A DNA stretch of 64,000 nt from Pseudomaricurvus sp. (lineage in GTDB: Bacteria > Pseudomonadota > Gammaproteobacteria > Pseudomonadales > Cellvibrionaceae): NCBI GenBank assembly GCA_965656525.1, contig CBFHKY010000017.1, positions 7,924 through 71,923 on the forward strand, written 5' to 3'. The notes under the pieces were generated by a model. It was not told the DNA's origin. It made no database searches and saw nothing but the letters and a program-made list of their open reading frames with translations. Shown piece after piece: positions 40,752 through 51,333 of this stretch (its first letter is position 1; each line of letters starts with the position of its first letter). Position numbers and translations under genes: made by a program.

Positions 40752-42029
40752 TTGCAACTGGATCAAGCCACCACTGAACAACTGCAACAATGGGAAACCG
40801 AGCTGAGCAATCAATATCAAACCTTGCAAGCCCAATCCCTGAGTTTGGATTTAACTCGTGGCAAACCTTCAGCTGAACAGCTGAGTTTGTCCGATGCACT
40901 AGATGGTATTCTCAAAGGTGAATACCTCGCCAAAGATGGCACAGATGTGCGTAATTATGGCGGGCTAGAAGGCATCGCCGAGGCTCGCCAGCTGGGTGCA
41001 GAAATGCTAGGCACAACGCCGGATCAAGTGTTCGCTGGCGGCAACAGCAGCCTGACATTGATGTTCCAAGCCGTACAGTTTGCTTTCGAATACGGACTCA
41101 CAGGCCCTGAGTCAGCCTGGAAGAGATTAAAGAGCCCCAAATTTCTTTGCCCTGTGCCTGGATATGATCGACATTTCTCGGTATGCGAGCAGGTAGGCAT
41201 CGAGCTCATCACGGTTCCTATGCTGGCAACTGGCCCAGACATGGATCAAGTGGAGTCCATGATTTCAGCTGATCCGTCTATTGTGGGCATGTGGTGTGTT
41301 CCAAAATATTCCAACCCTACCGGCGTTGTGTACAGCGATGAAACCGTAGAGCGAATTGCTAAGTTGGGCAAAATTGCTAACGCGCATTTCCGTGTGTTTT
41401 GGGATAATGCCTATGCGGTACATGACTTAGTAGAAAATCCGCCGCAGCTGGCCAATATTGCTCAAGCTTGTGCAGCCTGTGGCACCGAAGACAGTGTGCT
41501 TCAGTTTGCGTCGACATCGAAAATTACTCACGCTGGCGCTGGTGTTGCATTCTTATCGGCCTCAATGAAAAACCTAGATGGATTCAAAAAAATTCTATCG
41601 AATGGCACCATTGGCCCCGATAAAGTTAACCAGTTGCGCCACTGTAAACTCATTCCTGATGTCGATGCCTTGATGGCCCATATGAAAAAACACGCCGGCA
41701 TCATCAACCCACGCTTCAGCTGTGTGCTCGACAACTTATCTCGCGCTTTCGACGGGACGGATTTGGGCAATTGGGAAACACCTGAAGGGGGCTATTTTAT
41801 ATCGTTCGATACTCGCCCTGGTTGCGCCAAAGCGGTGGTAAAGCTGGCCGCTGAAGCTGGTGTCAAACTGACACCAGCAGGCGCAACATTTCCTTATGGC
41901 AATGACCCAGAAGACCGCAATATCCGCATTGCACCCACTGTACCCTCAGAAGGTGATGTGGATAAAGCCATGAAAGTTTTTGAGGTCTGCGTGAAACTGG
42001 CATCAGTAAAGGAACAACTGAACCGGTAG
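40752..42029 (+). CDS. PLP-dependent class I/II aminotransferase (actinobacterial AspAT-like family)
   Basis: LDLTRGKP, RNYGGLEG, VPGYDRHF, WDNAY, FASTSKIT, IRIAP; TTG start. Confidence 0.88.
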   Translation: MQLDQATTEQLQQWETELSNQYQTLQAQSLSLDLTRGKPSAEQLSLSDALDGILKGEYLAKDGTDVRNYGGLEGIAEARQLGAEMLGTTPDQVFAGGNSSLTLMFQAVQFAFEYGLTGPESAWKRLKSPKFLCPVPGYDRHFSVCEQVGIELITVPMLATGPDMDQVESMISADPSIVGMWCVPKYSNPTGVVYSDETVERIAKLGKIANAHFRVFWDNAYAVHDLVENPPQLANIAQACAACGTEDSVLQFASTSKITHAGAGVAFLSASMKNLDGFKKILSNGTIGPDKVNQLRHCKLIPDVDALMAHMKKHAGIINPRFSCVLDNLSRAFDGTDLGNWETPEGGYFISFDTRPGCAKAVVKLAAEAGVKLTPAGATFPYGNDPEDRNIRIAPTVPSEGDVDKAMKVFEVCVKLASVKEQLNR

Positions 42030-42050
42030 TAGGCGTTCACGAGTCATAAC

Positions 42051-42085
42051 GCGACAATCGGCAGCTTCTTGCTGGCGATTGTCGC
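42051..42085. terminator. Stem-loop between convergent genes
   Basis: GCGACAATCG...CGATTGTCGC 10-bp perfect stem; no U-tract. Confidence 0.55.
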
Positions 42086-42149
42086 CTCAATAAATGAATG
42101 TCCCCTCGGTAACGGAATAATAACTAGAAGCTGCTTTTTTACGGATTCT

Positions 42150-42770
42150 TTAACCAAGCTTTGATAAGCGCTGAAGAATAACCGCTTGTATCCCTTTTCG
42201 TTCCATTACTGACAAGTGATCCAACTTATGCACCTGTATCGTGTGAAGGTGCAAAAATGGGGTCTTTGCATTCATTTCGCGCAGATCTCCTTTTTTCAGC
42301 ACCGGCAGTAGCGGCCGCCCCTCTGGACGCCGCTGGTTAACCACCCTTAAGCCCACGTGCAGCGGCACCGTGCGATAGCGAGTTTTGCCACTCTTAAAAG
42401 GGATCAACAGATGCATGCCCTCCTTTCCAATCGCACTGCCAGAAATAACGCTCAGCCCTGTCGGTGCAACCGCCTGTTCAGGTAAGCCGTGAAAAATATC
42501 GTGATGAGCATAAGGGTTAGGGAGGATAACCAAGCGACGATCTTCTTCTTTTGGGAAAAAAATATTGTAGTTAGTGTAGAGCTGCTGAACAGAATCGGAA
42601 AACACACAAAGCTTGTTCTCAAACCCCATCACGAAATCAATAGCCCGTTGACGTTGTTTGAACGAGTCTAGATCCCAGACTAGGTCATTGTTCTCAAACG
42701 CCAATTCCACTGACTCCTCACAAGATGAGCAACATTGCTCGTTAACGACAAAACGTCGTCTTTCGTACAC
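42150..42770 (-). CDS. Hypothetical protein (206 aa); start uncertain
   Basis: Long ORF filling the gap between genes, with globular composition; no motif recognised. Confidence 0.7.
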   Translation of the reverse strand: MYERRRFVVNEQCCSSCEESVELAFENNDLVWDLDSFKQRQRAIDFVMGFENKLCVFSDSVQQLYTNYNIFFPKEEDRRLVILPNPYAHHDIFHGLPEQAVAPTGLSVISGSAIGKEGMHLLIPFKSGKTRYRTVPLHVGLRVVNQRRPEGRPLLPVLKKGDLREMNAKTPFLHLHTIQVHKLDHLSVMERKGIQAVILQRLSKLG

Positions 42771-43056
42771 ATCATCAAAACGAGATCATTCTAAAAAGTA
42801 TCTTCAATTATGAACATAAGTACAACACGGGAACATAAGTTAATTCACTCAAAACGCTAAGATGATCAATTTTGACAGCCAACTCGCCGTATTTCACAAC
42901 ACTAGAGGCCTAAAAGCCTACCAGCCTAGACCATAGATTGTTGCATGTGCTCTATTAGTTATAGACGATTCCCACTGTTGCTGCAGAAGTCATGGGTGAA
43001 TCGGCCATTAGTTTTTGCTATGCTCCTTGGCCGATTAAATCTCTACTGGAGCGGAC

Positions 43057-43401
43057 ATGACCACGCTTTACGGCATTAGCAATTGTGACACGGTGAAAAA
43101 AGCTCGTAACTGGCTTGACGAAGCGGGCGTAACATTCACCTTTCACGATTTCCGCAAAGACGGCTTAACCTCCCAGCAGGTTGAAGGGTGGATCAAGTCA
43201 CTCGGCTGGGAAACATTAGTGAATAAGCGCAGCACAACTTGGAAAGGTTTAAGCGAAGAGGCTAAAGCCTCCCTTAACGATGAGTCTGTTATTGCACTGA
43301 TTGTAGAGCAGCCTACTCTGGTCAAACGCCCTCTGCTAGAACATAACGACCACATCGGCGTGGGTTTCAAAAGCGCTGATTACCAAGCTGTGTTTCGCTA
43401 A
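43057..43401 (+). CDS. ArsC/Spx-family protein (YffB-like)
   Basis: YGISNCDTVKKA, HDFRKDG, PTLVKRP; linked to dapD/dapE. Confidence 0.92.
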   Translation: MTTLYGISNCDTVKKARNWLDEAGVTFTFHDFRKDGLTSQQVEGWIKSLGWETLVNKRSTTWKGLSEEAKASLNDESVIALIVEQPTLVKRPLLEHNDHIGVGFKSADYQAVFR

Positions 43402-43461
43402 GGTTTGTGTTTTTATTTTAGCGTTATTTTTTTGCTCAATTTTGATGACATGGATTAACCA

Positions 43462-44496
43462 ATGACTGAACTTTTCTCTCTCGGCCTCGGTGTAGGCACA
43501 CACAATGCGCAAGGTGAATGGCTGGAAGTGTTCTACCCCCAGCCGCTGTTACAACCAGACACCTCCACCGCTGCAGCCATTGCTGAAGCTATTGGCTTTT
43601 CGGGCGGCAATACCGCGATCCAACTGGACGCCGCAAAACTCGACGCATTAGCGGATGCTCTCGATGCTGCAGGCGATAAAGAGCAAGCGTCTATTGTTCA
43701 ATCGTTCCAAAATAGCCAACGCCCCCTAGTCGCAACACTTTTAGAAACCGACACTGCACCGAGTTCGGTGCCAGAGGTTTACCTGAAATTACACTTGCTG
43801 TCCCACCGCTTGGTCAAACCACATACCATTACTTTAGATGGCATGTTCGGCGCACTACCCAATGTAGCTTGGACCAACCAAGGTGCTATCGATCTTGCCG
43901 AATTACCTGAGCGCCAACTAAAAGCTCGTCTAGTAGGTGAATTACTGGATGTAGACTGCGTCGATAAGTTTCCCAAAATGACCAACTACGTGGTTCCCAA
44001 AGGTGTACGCATCGCACATACCGCTCGTGTACGCTTAGGTGCATACATTGGTGAAGGCACCACCGTCATGCACGAAGGATTTGTGAACTTTAATGCTGGC
44101 ACCGAAGGCCCTGGTATGATCGAAGGTCGTATTTCGGCCGGCGTATTTGTGGGTAAAGGTTCAGACTTAGGTGGCGGTTGTTCCACTATGGGCACCCTGT
44201 CTGGCGGCGGTAACATTGTGATCTCCGTTGGTGACGAGTGCTTATTGGGCGCCAATGCGGGTATCGGCATTCCGCTTGGGGATCGCTGCACTGTCGAAGC
44301 GGGCTTATACATTACGGCTGGTAGCCGTGTGGCCGTACTTGACGATCAAGGCCAAGCCGTCGAAACCGTGAAAGCGCGTGATCTAGCGAGCAAGTCCGAT
44401 CTGCTGTTCCGCCGCAACTCTGTATCCGGTGCTATTGAATGCAAAACCAATAAGAGTGCCATTGCGCTTAACGAAGAGCTACACGCCAATAACTGA
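43462..44496 (+). CDS. dapD: Tetrahydrodipicolinate N-succinyltransferase (Pseudomonas type)
   Basis: YLKLHLLSHR, DKFPKMTNYVVP, RLGAY, EGRISAGV, LHANN C-terminus. Confidence 0.96.
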   Translation: MTELFSLGLGVGTHNAQGEWLEVFYPQPLLQPDTSTAAAIAEAIGFSGGNTAIQLDAAKLDALADALDAAGDKEQASIVQSFQNSQRPLVATLLETDTAPSSVPEVYLKLHLLSHRLVKPHTITLDGMFGALPNVAWTNQGAIDLAELPERQLKARLVGELLDVDCVDKFPKMTNYVVPKGVRIAHTARVRLGAYIGEGTTVMHEGFVNFNAGTEGPGMIEGRISAGVFVGKGSDLGGGCSTMGTLSGGGNIVISVGDECLLGANAGIGIPLGDRCTVEAGLYITAGSRVAVLDDQGQAVETVKARDLASKSDLLFRRNSVSGAIECKTNKSAIALNEELHANN

Positions 44497-44522
44497 TTCA
44501 AGCCAGCTTATTGACCGTGAGT

Positions 44523-44550
44523 CTGAGAGGGCTAAACAAAGCCCCCTCAG
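44523..44550. other. Intergenic hairpin after dapD
   Basis: CTGAG(A)GGGCT...AGCCC(C)CTCAG stem; no U-tract. Confidence 0.4.
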
Positions 44551-44694
44551 GCTTACCTTATCTTCACAAACGTCTTGAGGACTGCGCGTCTAATCAATGA
44601 CGACTCTTTTTGATGTTTTGCACACACGCCTTCTGAATGGCCCCCATTACACCTTTGCGCTAGAATGCCTGCTTTTACTGAAAAGCGGTGCCCC

Positions 44695-45831
44695 ATGAAT
44701 GCCCTGACCCCCACTTTGCAACTGACTTGTGACCTGATTGAGCGCTATTCTGTCACACCGGAAGACGCCGGTTGCCAACAGTTAATCGCCGATCGCTTAG
44801 AGGCGATAGGTTTCCACATCGAGCATTTACGTTTTGGTGAGGTCGATAATTTATGGGCTATCCGTGGCACCGAAGGCCCTATACTGTGTTTTGCTGGTCA
44901 TACCGATGTGGTGCCCACAGGGCCAGAAAACCAATGGCAACACCCGCCTTTCGAACCCGTTATTGAGAACGGTATGATCTATGGCCGTGGCGCTGCAGAC
45001 ATGAAAGGTAGCTTGGCTGCTATGGTGGTTGCCTGTGAACAATTTATTACTGAGCATCCAAAGCACTCTGGTCGTATTGCCTTCTTGCTGACCAGCGACG
45101 AGGAAGGCCCGGCCATCAATGGCACGGTCAAAGTCGTAGAGTGGCTGGAAGCTCGAAATGAAAAAATCACTTGGTGTGTAGTAGGCGAACCTTCAAGCAC
45201 GGAGAAAACCGGAGACACCATTAAAAACGGACGCCGCGGCTCACTTGGCTGCTGGCTTACCGTACATGGTGTTCAAGGACATGTTGCCTACCCCCACCTA
45301 GCTGAAAATCCTATCCACCGCTTTGCCCCTGCGCTGGCTGAACTGAGCGGCCAAGAGTGGGACAAAGGTAACGATTTTTTCCCTGCCACCAGCTTTCAGG
45401 TATCTAACATCAACAGCGGTACTGGTGCTACCAATGTTATCCCCGGTGATGCCGAAGTAATCTTTAATTTTCGCTTTTCCACCGAGGTCACAGAAACACA
45501 ATTGCGTGAACGTACCGAAGCCATTCTGAATAAACACGGCATTAATTACACCATCGATTGGCGTCTAAGCGGCCAGCCATTCCTCACGTCTGAAGGTCCA
45601 TTGGTAGACGCCGCTATTGCCGCAATCAGAAACGCGACCGGTATAGACACCGAGCTGTCTACCGCCGGCGGTACGTCTGATGGACGTTTTATTGCTCCGA
45701 CTGGTGCCCAAGTCGTCGAATTAGGCCCCGTGAATGCGACTATCCACAAGATTGACGAGTGTGTCGATGCCGCCGAGCTGGACGACCTAACCAATATGTA
45801 CCAAGGCATTTTGTCTCATTTGTTGAGCTGA
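44695..45831 (+). CDS. dapE: Succinyl-diaminopimelate desuccinylase
   Basis: [43 protein letters not shown]. Confidence 0.97.
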   Translation: MNALTPTLQLTCDLIERYSVTPEDAGCQQLIADRLEAIGFHIEHLRFGEVDNLWAIRGTEGPILCFAGHTDVVPTGPENQWQHPPFEPVIENGMIYGRGAADMKGSLAAMVVACEQFITEHPKHSGRIAFLLTSDEEGPAINGTVKVVEWLEARNEKITWCVVGEPSSTEKTGDTIKNGRRGSLGCWLTVHGVQGHVAYPHLAENPIHRFAPALAELSGQEWDKGNDFFPATSFQVSNINSGTGATNVIPGDAEVIFNFRFSTEVTETQLRERTEAILNKHGINYTIDWRLSGQPFLTSEGPLVDAAIAAIRNATGIDTELSTAGGTSDGRFIAPTGAQVVELGPVNATIHKIDECVDAAELDDLTNMYQGILSHLLS

Positions 45832-45836
45832 TAGCG

Positions 45837-46274
45837 ATGGAAACCCCTGCTGGCGAAATAATCGTCTGCCACTTTCATGAAAGGCACAGTGATCTGCGAC
45901 AACTGCGCACAGCAGTTTTCATTCGAGAGCAACAGGTGTCAGAAGCTGAAGAGTGGGACGACAGAGACAAACACTGTGTGCACGTAGTGGTGCAGCGCAA
46001 CGGACAAGCCATTGCTTGCGGTCGGTTAGATCATAAATACGAAGGTAAAATAGGAAGAGTAGCTGTTCTAAAAGCTTTCCGTCGGCAGGGTTACGGCCTT
46101 GCCGTGATGCAAGCCCTAGAACAACGAGCCCATGTGCTGGGACTTCACACCGTTCACCTGAATGCTCAGACGGCGGCACTGCCGTTTTATGTACAACAAG
46201 GCTATATCAGCGAAGGCGATACCTTCCTCGAAGCGGGCATTGCCCACTGTAAAATGAAAAAAAGATTAGCCTGA
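45837..46274 (+). CDS. GNAT N-acetyltransferase (ElaA/YjcF-like)
   Basis: LRTAVFIREQ, IGRVAV...RRQGYG, LNAQ, FLEAGIAH. Confidence 0.88.
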   Translation: METPAGEIIVCHFHERHSDLRQLRTAVFIREQQVSEAEEWDDRDKHCVHVVVQRNGQAIACGRLDHKYEGKIGRVAVLKAFRRQGYGLAVMQALEQRAHVLGLHTVHLNAQTAALPFYVQQGYISEGDTFLEAGIAHCKMKKRLA

Positions 46275-48356
46275 AATCATCTCAGGCGCTCGATTCTGAC
46301 GTTGCGCCATCTCTAAGAGTTCTTGTAAAACAACCGGCTTGCCAAAACGGTACCCTTGCACCACATCACAACCGTGACGGCACACAAAATCGTATTGCTC
46401 AGCGGTTTCGACGCCCTCAGCCACCACTTTTAAATTCATATTATGTGCCATTACGATAATGGTTTTTACTAAGGTTTCATCGTCGCTATTTCGGTCTAAA
46501 TCCTGAATAAAAGAGCGATCAATTTTTAATGTGTGCAATGGCAATTGCTTTAAACGACTTAAAGATGAGTAGCCCGTACCGAAATCATCAATAGAGATTT
46601 CTACCCCTAGTTGATTAACCTCTTTCAACTGTTCCAGAACGTTATCCACCTCTGGACCAATCAAACTTTCGGTGATTTCCAGCTCCAATCGATGCCCTGG
46701 AAATCCAGTTCGAGTTAAAGCCTTCTCTACATCCAAAGACGCTCGGTTACGAGAAAAGTGGGACGGAGAGTAATTCACCGACAACTGCAGCTGATCAAAG
46801 CCCTGTTCATGTAAAGTCAGAATATCTCGGCAAGCGTGCTCCAGCACCCACAAGTCAATATCCGCAATCAACCCACACTCTTCTGCCAAAGGGATAAACT
46901 CTTCCGGCGACATCTCACCCTCTTCCGGGTCCAACCAGCGCAACAGCACCTCTACGCCTATCAATCGCTGATCGATACAGGACCACTTAGGTTGATACAC
47001 TCGCGTAAATATAGATTCATCCACAGCCCGTCGAAGTTTATTTTCTAATATTAAGCGCCGCTCAACTCGTGCGTTCATATCTGGAGCAAAGAAAGTAAAC
47101 CGATCACGGCCTCGATCTTTTGAGCGATACATAGCGGTGTCGGCGTTTTTTAGCAACTCATCAGCGCTGTCACCATCGGTGGGAAACACACTAATACCAA
47201 TACTCGCGGTCAATTGTAAGATATGGCCATTGAGCTGCATTGGACGCCGAACTTCAGCGATCATTGCGGCGGCTAGATCCCCTGTCGCTCCGGGGGTAAT
47301 ATCCACCAAAAGAACCGCAAACTCATCGCCACCCAGTCGCGCTAAAGTATCACCCTTGCGCAGGCAGGTTTTGAGACGCTCAGCGGTTTCTTCCAATAAA
47401 AGGTCACCAATGCCGTGCCCTAACGTATCGTTCACCACTTTAAAGCGATCCACATCCAAGAATAAAACCGACAGCGATTCATTGTGTAAACGCACATGAG
47501 CAATACCATCTTGCAAGCACCGATCAAAGGTTACACGGTTCGCTAGACCAGTGAGGGCATCGTGAAAAGCTTGATGCTCGAAACGACGGGCCAACAACTT
47601 TAACTCTTTTGTGCGCTCAGCCACCTTGTCTTCTAGCTGTTCTTGAGCCTGCCGCAACCCTGCATCACGAAGCTGAATTTCGTTCAACATCGCATTAAAG
47701 TCATTCGCCAGCAAGCCAATTTCATCTTGTGATTGCACCTCTGCCCGCAAACTGTAATCGCGGCTCTGAGTGATTCGGCGAGCGGTTTTGGTCAAGTTCA
47801 ATAGCGGCCGAGTCACCAGGCCTTGTAATCGCGAAGAAATAAACAAAGCCCAAAGTAAAGACAAAGCAAATAACGTTAACGCCATAACAATGCGGATACG
47901 TTGCTGCTCTTGCCACTCAGAATTGTCAGCAAGCAATAAAATAGAACCCACTAGCTCACCCTGTGCACGAATGGGCATCTGGGCGTAAAGCAATCCTTGA
48001 TATTTTCCTTGTGAGTTGGGTAACGGCTTTTCGGGTAGCGGCTGGGACGTATTCTGATAAAACGCAAATAGACGATCTGCTTTATCATAAATAGCAGCAC
48101 CAACAACACTGCCCTCACCAGTAAGACTAAACAAAGTGCGATTAGCCGCCTCAACGTCATCAAATAATAATGCGGCCTGCGTGTTGTGTCCGATAATCAA
48201 CGCATCCGATAACAACTGACTCATGAGTTGCGCTCGAGAAGAAAACCAATCATTGGCGGCAAAACCAGCGGTAGCAAGCAATAAGGCCGTACTACTGGCC
48301 ACAAGGATAACCAGCTGCAAGGTTTTTCCAATAGAGTCACAGACAATGAATTTCAT
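46266..48356 (-). CDS. Membrane diguanylate cyclase/phosphodiesterase: periplasmic CHASE8-like sensor, HAMP, GGDEF, EAL (YfiN-like)
   Basis: Two TMs flanking a sensor (ALLFDDVEAA), HAMP (DEIGLLANDFN), RKGD I-site, GGDEF, EVLLR, DDFGTGYSS, EGVE. Confidence 0.93.
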   Translation of the reverse strand: MKFIVCDSIGKTLQLVILVASSTALLLATAGFAANDWFSSRAQLMSQLLSDALIIGHNTQAALLFDDVEAANRTLFSLTGEGSVVGAAIYDKADRLFAFYQNTSQPLPEKPLPNSQGKYQGLLYAQMPIRAQGELVGSILLLADNSEWQEQQRIRIVMALTLFALSLLWALFISSRLQGLVTRPLLNLTKTARRITQSRDYSLRAEVQSQDEIGLLANDFNAMLNEIQLRDAGLRQAQEQLEDKVAERTKELKLLARRFEHQAFHDALTGLANRVTFDRCLQDGIAHVRLHNESLSVLFLDVDRFKVVNDTLGHGIGDLLLEETAERLKTCLRKGDTLARLGGDEFAVLLVDITPGATGDLAAAMIAEVRRPMQLNGHILQLTASIGISVFPTDGDSADELLKNADTAMYRSKDRGRDRFTFFAPDMNARVERRLILENKLRRAVDESIFTRVYQPKWSCIDQRLIGVEVLLRWLDPEEGEMSPEEFIPLAEECGLIADIDLWVLEHACRDILTLHEQGFDQLQLSVNYSPSHFSRNRASLDVEKALTRTGFPGHRLELEITESLIGPEVDNVLEQLKEVNQLGVEISIDDFGTGYSSLSRLKQLPLHTLKIDRSFIQDLDRNSDDETLVKTIIVMAHNMNLKVVAEGVETAEQYDFVCRHGCDVVQGYRFGKPVVLQELLEMAQRQNRAPEMISG

Positions 48357-48359
48357 GGT

Positions 48360-48989
48360 TTAAAATCGGTCTCCGACAATGCGCGCCAGCTTCAATAGCT
48401 CAGAGCTGGCCCTTAGGTTGTCTTTCAACAACTCTGCTAGATGAATTTCAAAGCCAATCCTTTTGCCTTTGCGAACTAAAGCGATGTGAACATTGTCGTG
48501 AGCAATACCTGTTCTCGGATTATCCGTTAAGTCAGCAACAACCAGTACCGACTCTGTATAAAAATCTTTTGCCTCAAGCTTGTAAGAGGCCAATTCACTG
48601 TCTGCAACCAACAGTAAATGACAACCGGCTAATGGAAAGGGCCAACGGTCCACTTCTTGTATTTTCAGCCTACGGCCTGAGATACGCTTGTGGGCAAATG
48701 GAGCAATGGCTCGCCCCAAAATATCACGCCGGTAATAACAGAGCTTAAACGGAGCTTGAGGGGTCTCGAAACGATCACTAGGCCAAACAATAAACTTAGC
48801 AACATTCAGCACAAAGGCCGTTTTAATCGACTTCTGCTGCAGTGTTGTTTCCGCTTGGCTCCATAGGCTGACACACAATCCCAGTACGATAATCAGAATA
48901 CGTACCGCTGTGACAGCCTTCACAGGGTTCTCAGAGTTATAGAAAATCGAGTATCTCGCCATTTGGTTTTTTTGTTTCAAATACAGCAA
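48360..48989 (-). CDS. YfiR/HmsC family periplasmic protein; start uncertain
   Basis: IKTAFVLNVAKFIVWP, two mature Cys, FEIHL...SSELLKLARIV. Confidence 0.85.
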   Translation of the reverse strand: MLYLKQKNQMARYSIFYNSENPVKAVTAVRILIIVLGLCVSLWSQAETTLQQKSIKTAFVLNVAKFIVWPSDRFETPQAPFKLCYYRRDILGRAIAPFAHKRISGRRLKIQEVDRWPFPLAGCHLLLVADSELASYKLEAKDFYTESVLVVADLTDNPRTGIAHDNVHIALVRKGKRIGFEIHLAELLKDNLRASSELLKLARIVGDRF

Positions 48990-48996
48990 GGCAACC

Positions 48997-51048
48997 TCAT
49001 CGCATTGGCGACCATGTCAGAGTTAACCAAAGGCTACGACGTTCTTTTTCTGTGTTGTACTGAGAACCAAAATCGGCCGCGAGATCCATCACTCGATCAT
49101 CCAAGACATTACTCACGCCCACCTGATAACTGAGTTGTTTGTGCAGGTCACCCTGTAAAAAGACACTCATCAAAGCAAAACGCTCTGCATCATCATCCGT
49201 TCGGGCATTCAGATCTTCGCGGTCATCATTAAACACGATGGACATACCTAGCTGATGACGAGGCAGCCACTGATAAGCCACATTGAAACTGCCACTCAAC
49301 TTAGCAATATAAGGAAGACGATAACCGCTCGATGTCAGTGAATCCACATAAGACAAGCCCAACCTTGTGGAAAGGCGATCATTCATGTGCAGCCCGAATA
49401 CGGCTTCAACACCATTGATTGTGAGATCGTAATCGGTGTTTCCATAATACTCGTCACGTCCATCTGGGGTCGGCATTTCAACAATATAGTCATCTATGTA
49501 ATTGTGATAAGCCGTGAAACTGACATCCCAGCGCGCCTGCTGATAACGGTAACTGGCTTCCAGCGATTGCAGTGTTTCTGCATCCAATTCACTGGGAGTA
49601 AAGTTGGAGGTATCCAACACCTTTAAGTATTCGCGTAAAGTGGGTGTGCGAATAGCGGTTCCGTAAAGCAACTTCCAAGTGTGCTCTTGTGCGGGTGAAT
49701 AAACCGCGGCAATACGATAATTAAAATAATTATCAAAATGTTCAAATACGTCGTAGCGTATGCCCGCGGTAAGTTTTAGTGCTGGAGTCCAGCTCCAGAC
49801 ATCCTGCAAAAAAACGCCGTAATCCTGCTTGCGGACGTCTGAATCTATTAACAGCGAGCCCGTGTTTGTTTGCGAAAGAAAACCTCTCGCAAAATGAAAG
49901 TCACGCTGGTAATCCATGTCACCCGCGGCTTCATAGCGCCATGTAGCGCCTAAAGCCCAAATGTGATTGCCAGTTTGCTGCAGCCCCGTAACGGACAAAC
50001 CTGCCATGGTGCCATTTTGCTGTTCTTCGTAACCTAAACGGTTGGTAAGCTGCTCTGTCTCATATTCAAGGATATTGTCTTGCTGATAATACAAATTAGT
50101 TTCAAGCCGCCCCGACTCGACCTCGCCCACATCATAAGACAAAGCCAACGACCAACTTTCGCTGTCTATATAAGCATCTTGAGTGGGAGGGATAAACAAA
50201 AACGGCGTCTCGGCAGCGCTGTAGTTAGCTGCCAAAGTCAAACCGGGCAATAGCTGCCCCTTTAAAGATAACGTGGTGTATTGTTCATCCAATGATTGCA
50301 GTACTTGATTGCCAATAAAGCTATAACGGTTATTGCTATAGGCGGCTTCGTGTTCAAGATAACTGCCAAAAGCCGTCATTTTTTCACTGCTGTAGTGAAG
50401 CGTGGACTTTGCTCGGTCGCCGCTACCGCTCTCTAGAGTGATAGCTAGGTTAGGGTCGGCGGTAAAACCTTTGGTGGTGATTGAGATCAAACCACTGAAC
50501 GCACTAGCACCATAAAGACTCGATGCAGGCCCAAGAATCACTTCAACTTTTTCAATCTGCTCCAAAGGCCATTCTTCACCCAAAGCAAAATGACCGTAAT
50601 ATAAGTGCTGACGCCGTACGCCGTCCACCAGTAGGATAAGCTTATCGTTATATCGGCTGACACTGCCTCGTGCCCATAAGGACTGATGGTTTTTACGGTA
50701 TTGATTCAACTGAAAGCCAGGGATAAACGGCAACAAATCCTCTACGCGACGCACACCAAAGCGCTTAAAATCGGCTTGATCAAAACTGTAAACTGTACCG
50801 GGTGCCTTCGCGGGTTGCTCGGGCAACAAGTTGGCGGACTCAAACACCTCTAGGGCAACCAAGTCTTGCAAAGACATACTCACCAACGACTCAGGAGGTG
50901 CAGCTACTGCCCGCACTTCCAGTTTCTCACCCTGTGCTCTGCTGGCAAAAATAAGAGGCAACAGGATAAGAAACACAGCGGCCCAATAATGCACTCTGAT
51001 TCCATTGCCTCCACTCCCCCCCATGTGCGGCGGCCAAAATGAACTCAT
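48997..51048 (-). CDS. TonB-dependent receptor-like protein (signalling subfamily)
   Basis: Signal peptide; MSLQDLVALEV, KAPGTV, LLVDG, IEKVEVILGPASSLYGASAFSGLISI plug; beta-barrel C-terminus. Confidence 0.88.
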   Translation of the reverse strand: MSSFWPPHMGGSGGNGIRVHYWAAVFLILLPLIFASRAQGEKLEVRAVAAPPESLVSMSLQDLVALEVFESANLLPEQPAKAPGTVYSFDQADFKRFGVRRVEDLLPFIPGFQLNQYRKNHQSLWARGSVSRYNDKLILLVDGVRRQHLYYGHFALGEEWPLEQIEKVEVILGPASSLYGASAFSGLISITTKGFTADPNLAITLESGSGDRAKSTLHYSSEKMTAFGSYLEHEAAYSNNRYSFIGNQVLQSLDEQYTTLSLKGQLLPGLTLAANYSAAETPFLFIPPTQDAYIDSESWSLALSYDVGEVESGRLETNLYYQQDNILEYETEQLTNRLGYEEQQNGTMAGLSVTGLQQTGNHIWALGATWRYEAAGDMDYQRDFHFARGFLSQTNTGSLLIDSDVRKQDYGVFLQDVWSWTPALKLTAGIRYDVFEHFDNYFNYRIAAVYSPAQEHTWKLLYGTAIRTPTLREYLKVLDTSNFTPSELDAETLQSLEASYRYQQARWDVSFTAYHNYIDDYIVEMPTPDGRDEYYGNTDYDLTINGVEAVFGLHMNDRLSTRLGLSYVDSLTSSGYRLPYIAKLSGSFNVAYQWLPRHQLGMSIVFNDDREDLNARTDDDAERFALMSVFLQGDLHKQLSYQVGVSNVLDDRVMDLAADFGSQYNTEKERRSLWLTLTWSPMR

Positions 51049-51333
51049 GCTTCCCCCAATAATAAACTCGTATCACAGACACAAGTTGGCAGCCCCACCT
51101 GCCATCGAACAGGAATTATAAAGGAAAAAAGCGCCAAAATGCTGACTTAAGCTGCTCAAACCCAAATAACTGGCAGAAATAAGCACTGCTCACAACCAAA
51201 GCTAGGGTAATTTACGACTGAAAATAAGATGTTACCGCTTAGAGGAACACATAGACTCACAGCACCCCCAAAGGATCAACCTCTGGGTGTGCTTACTTGA
51301 GAACAGAGAGGTCAGGCAAAATAATGGCAGCAT

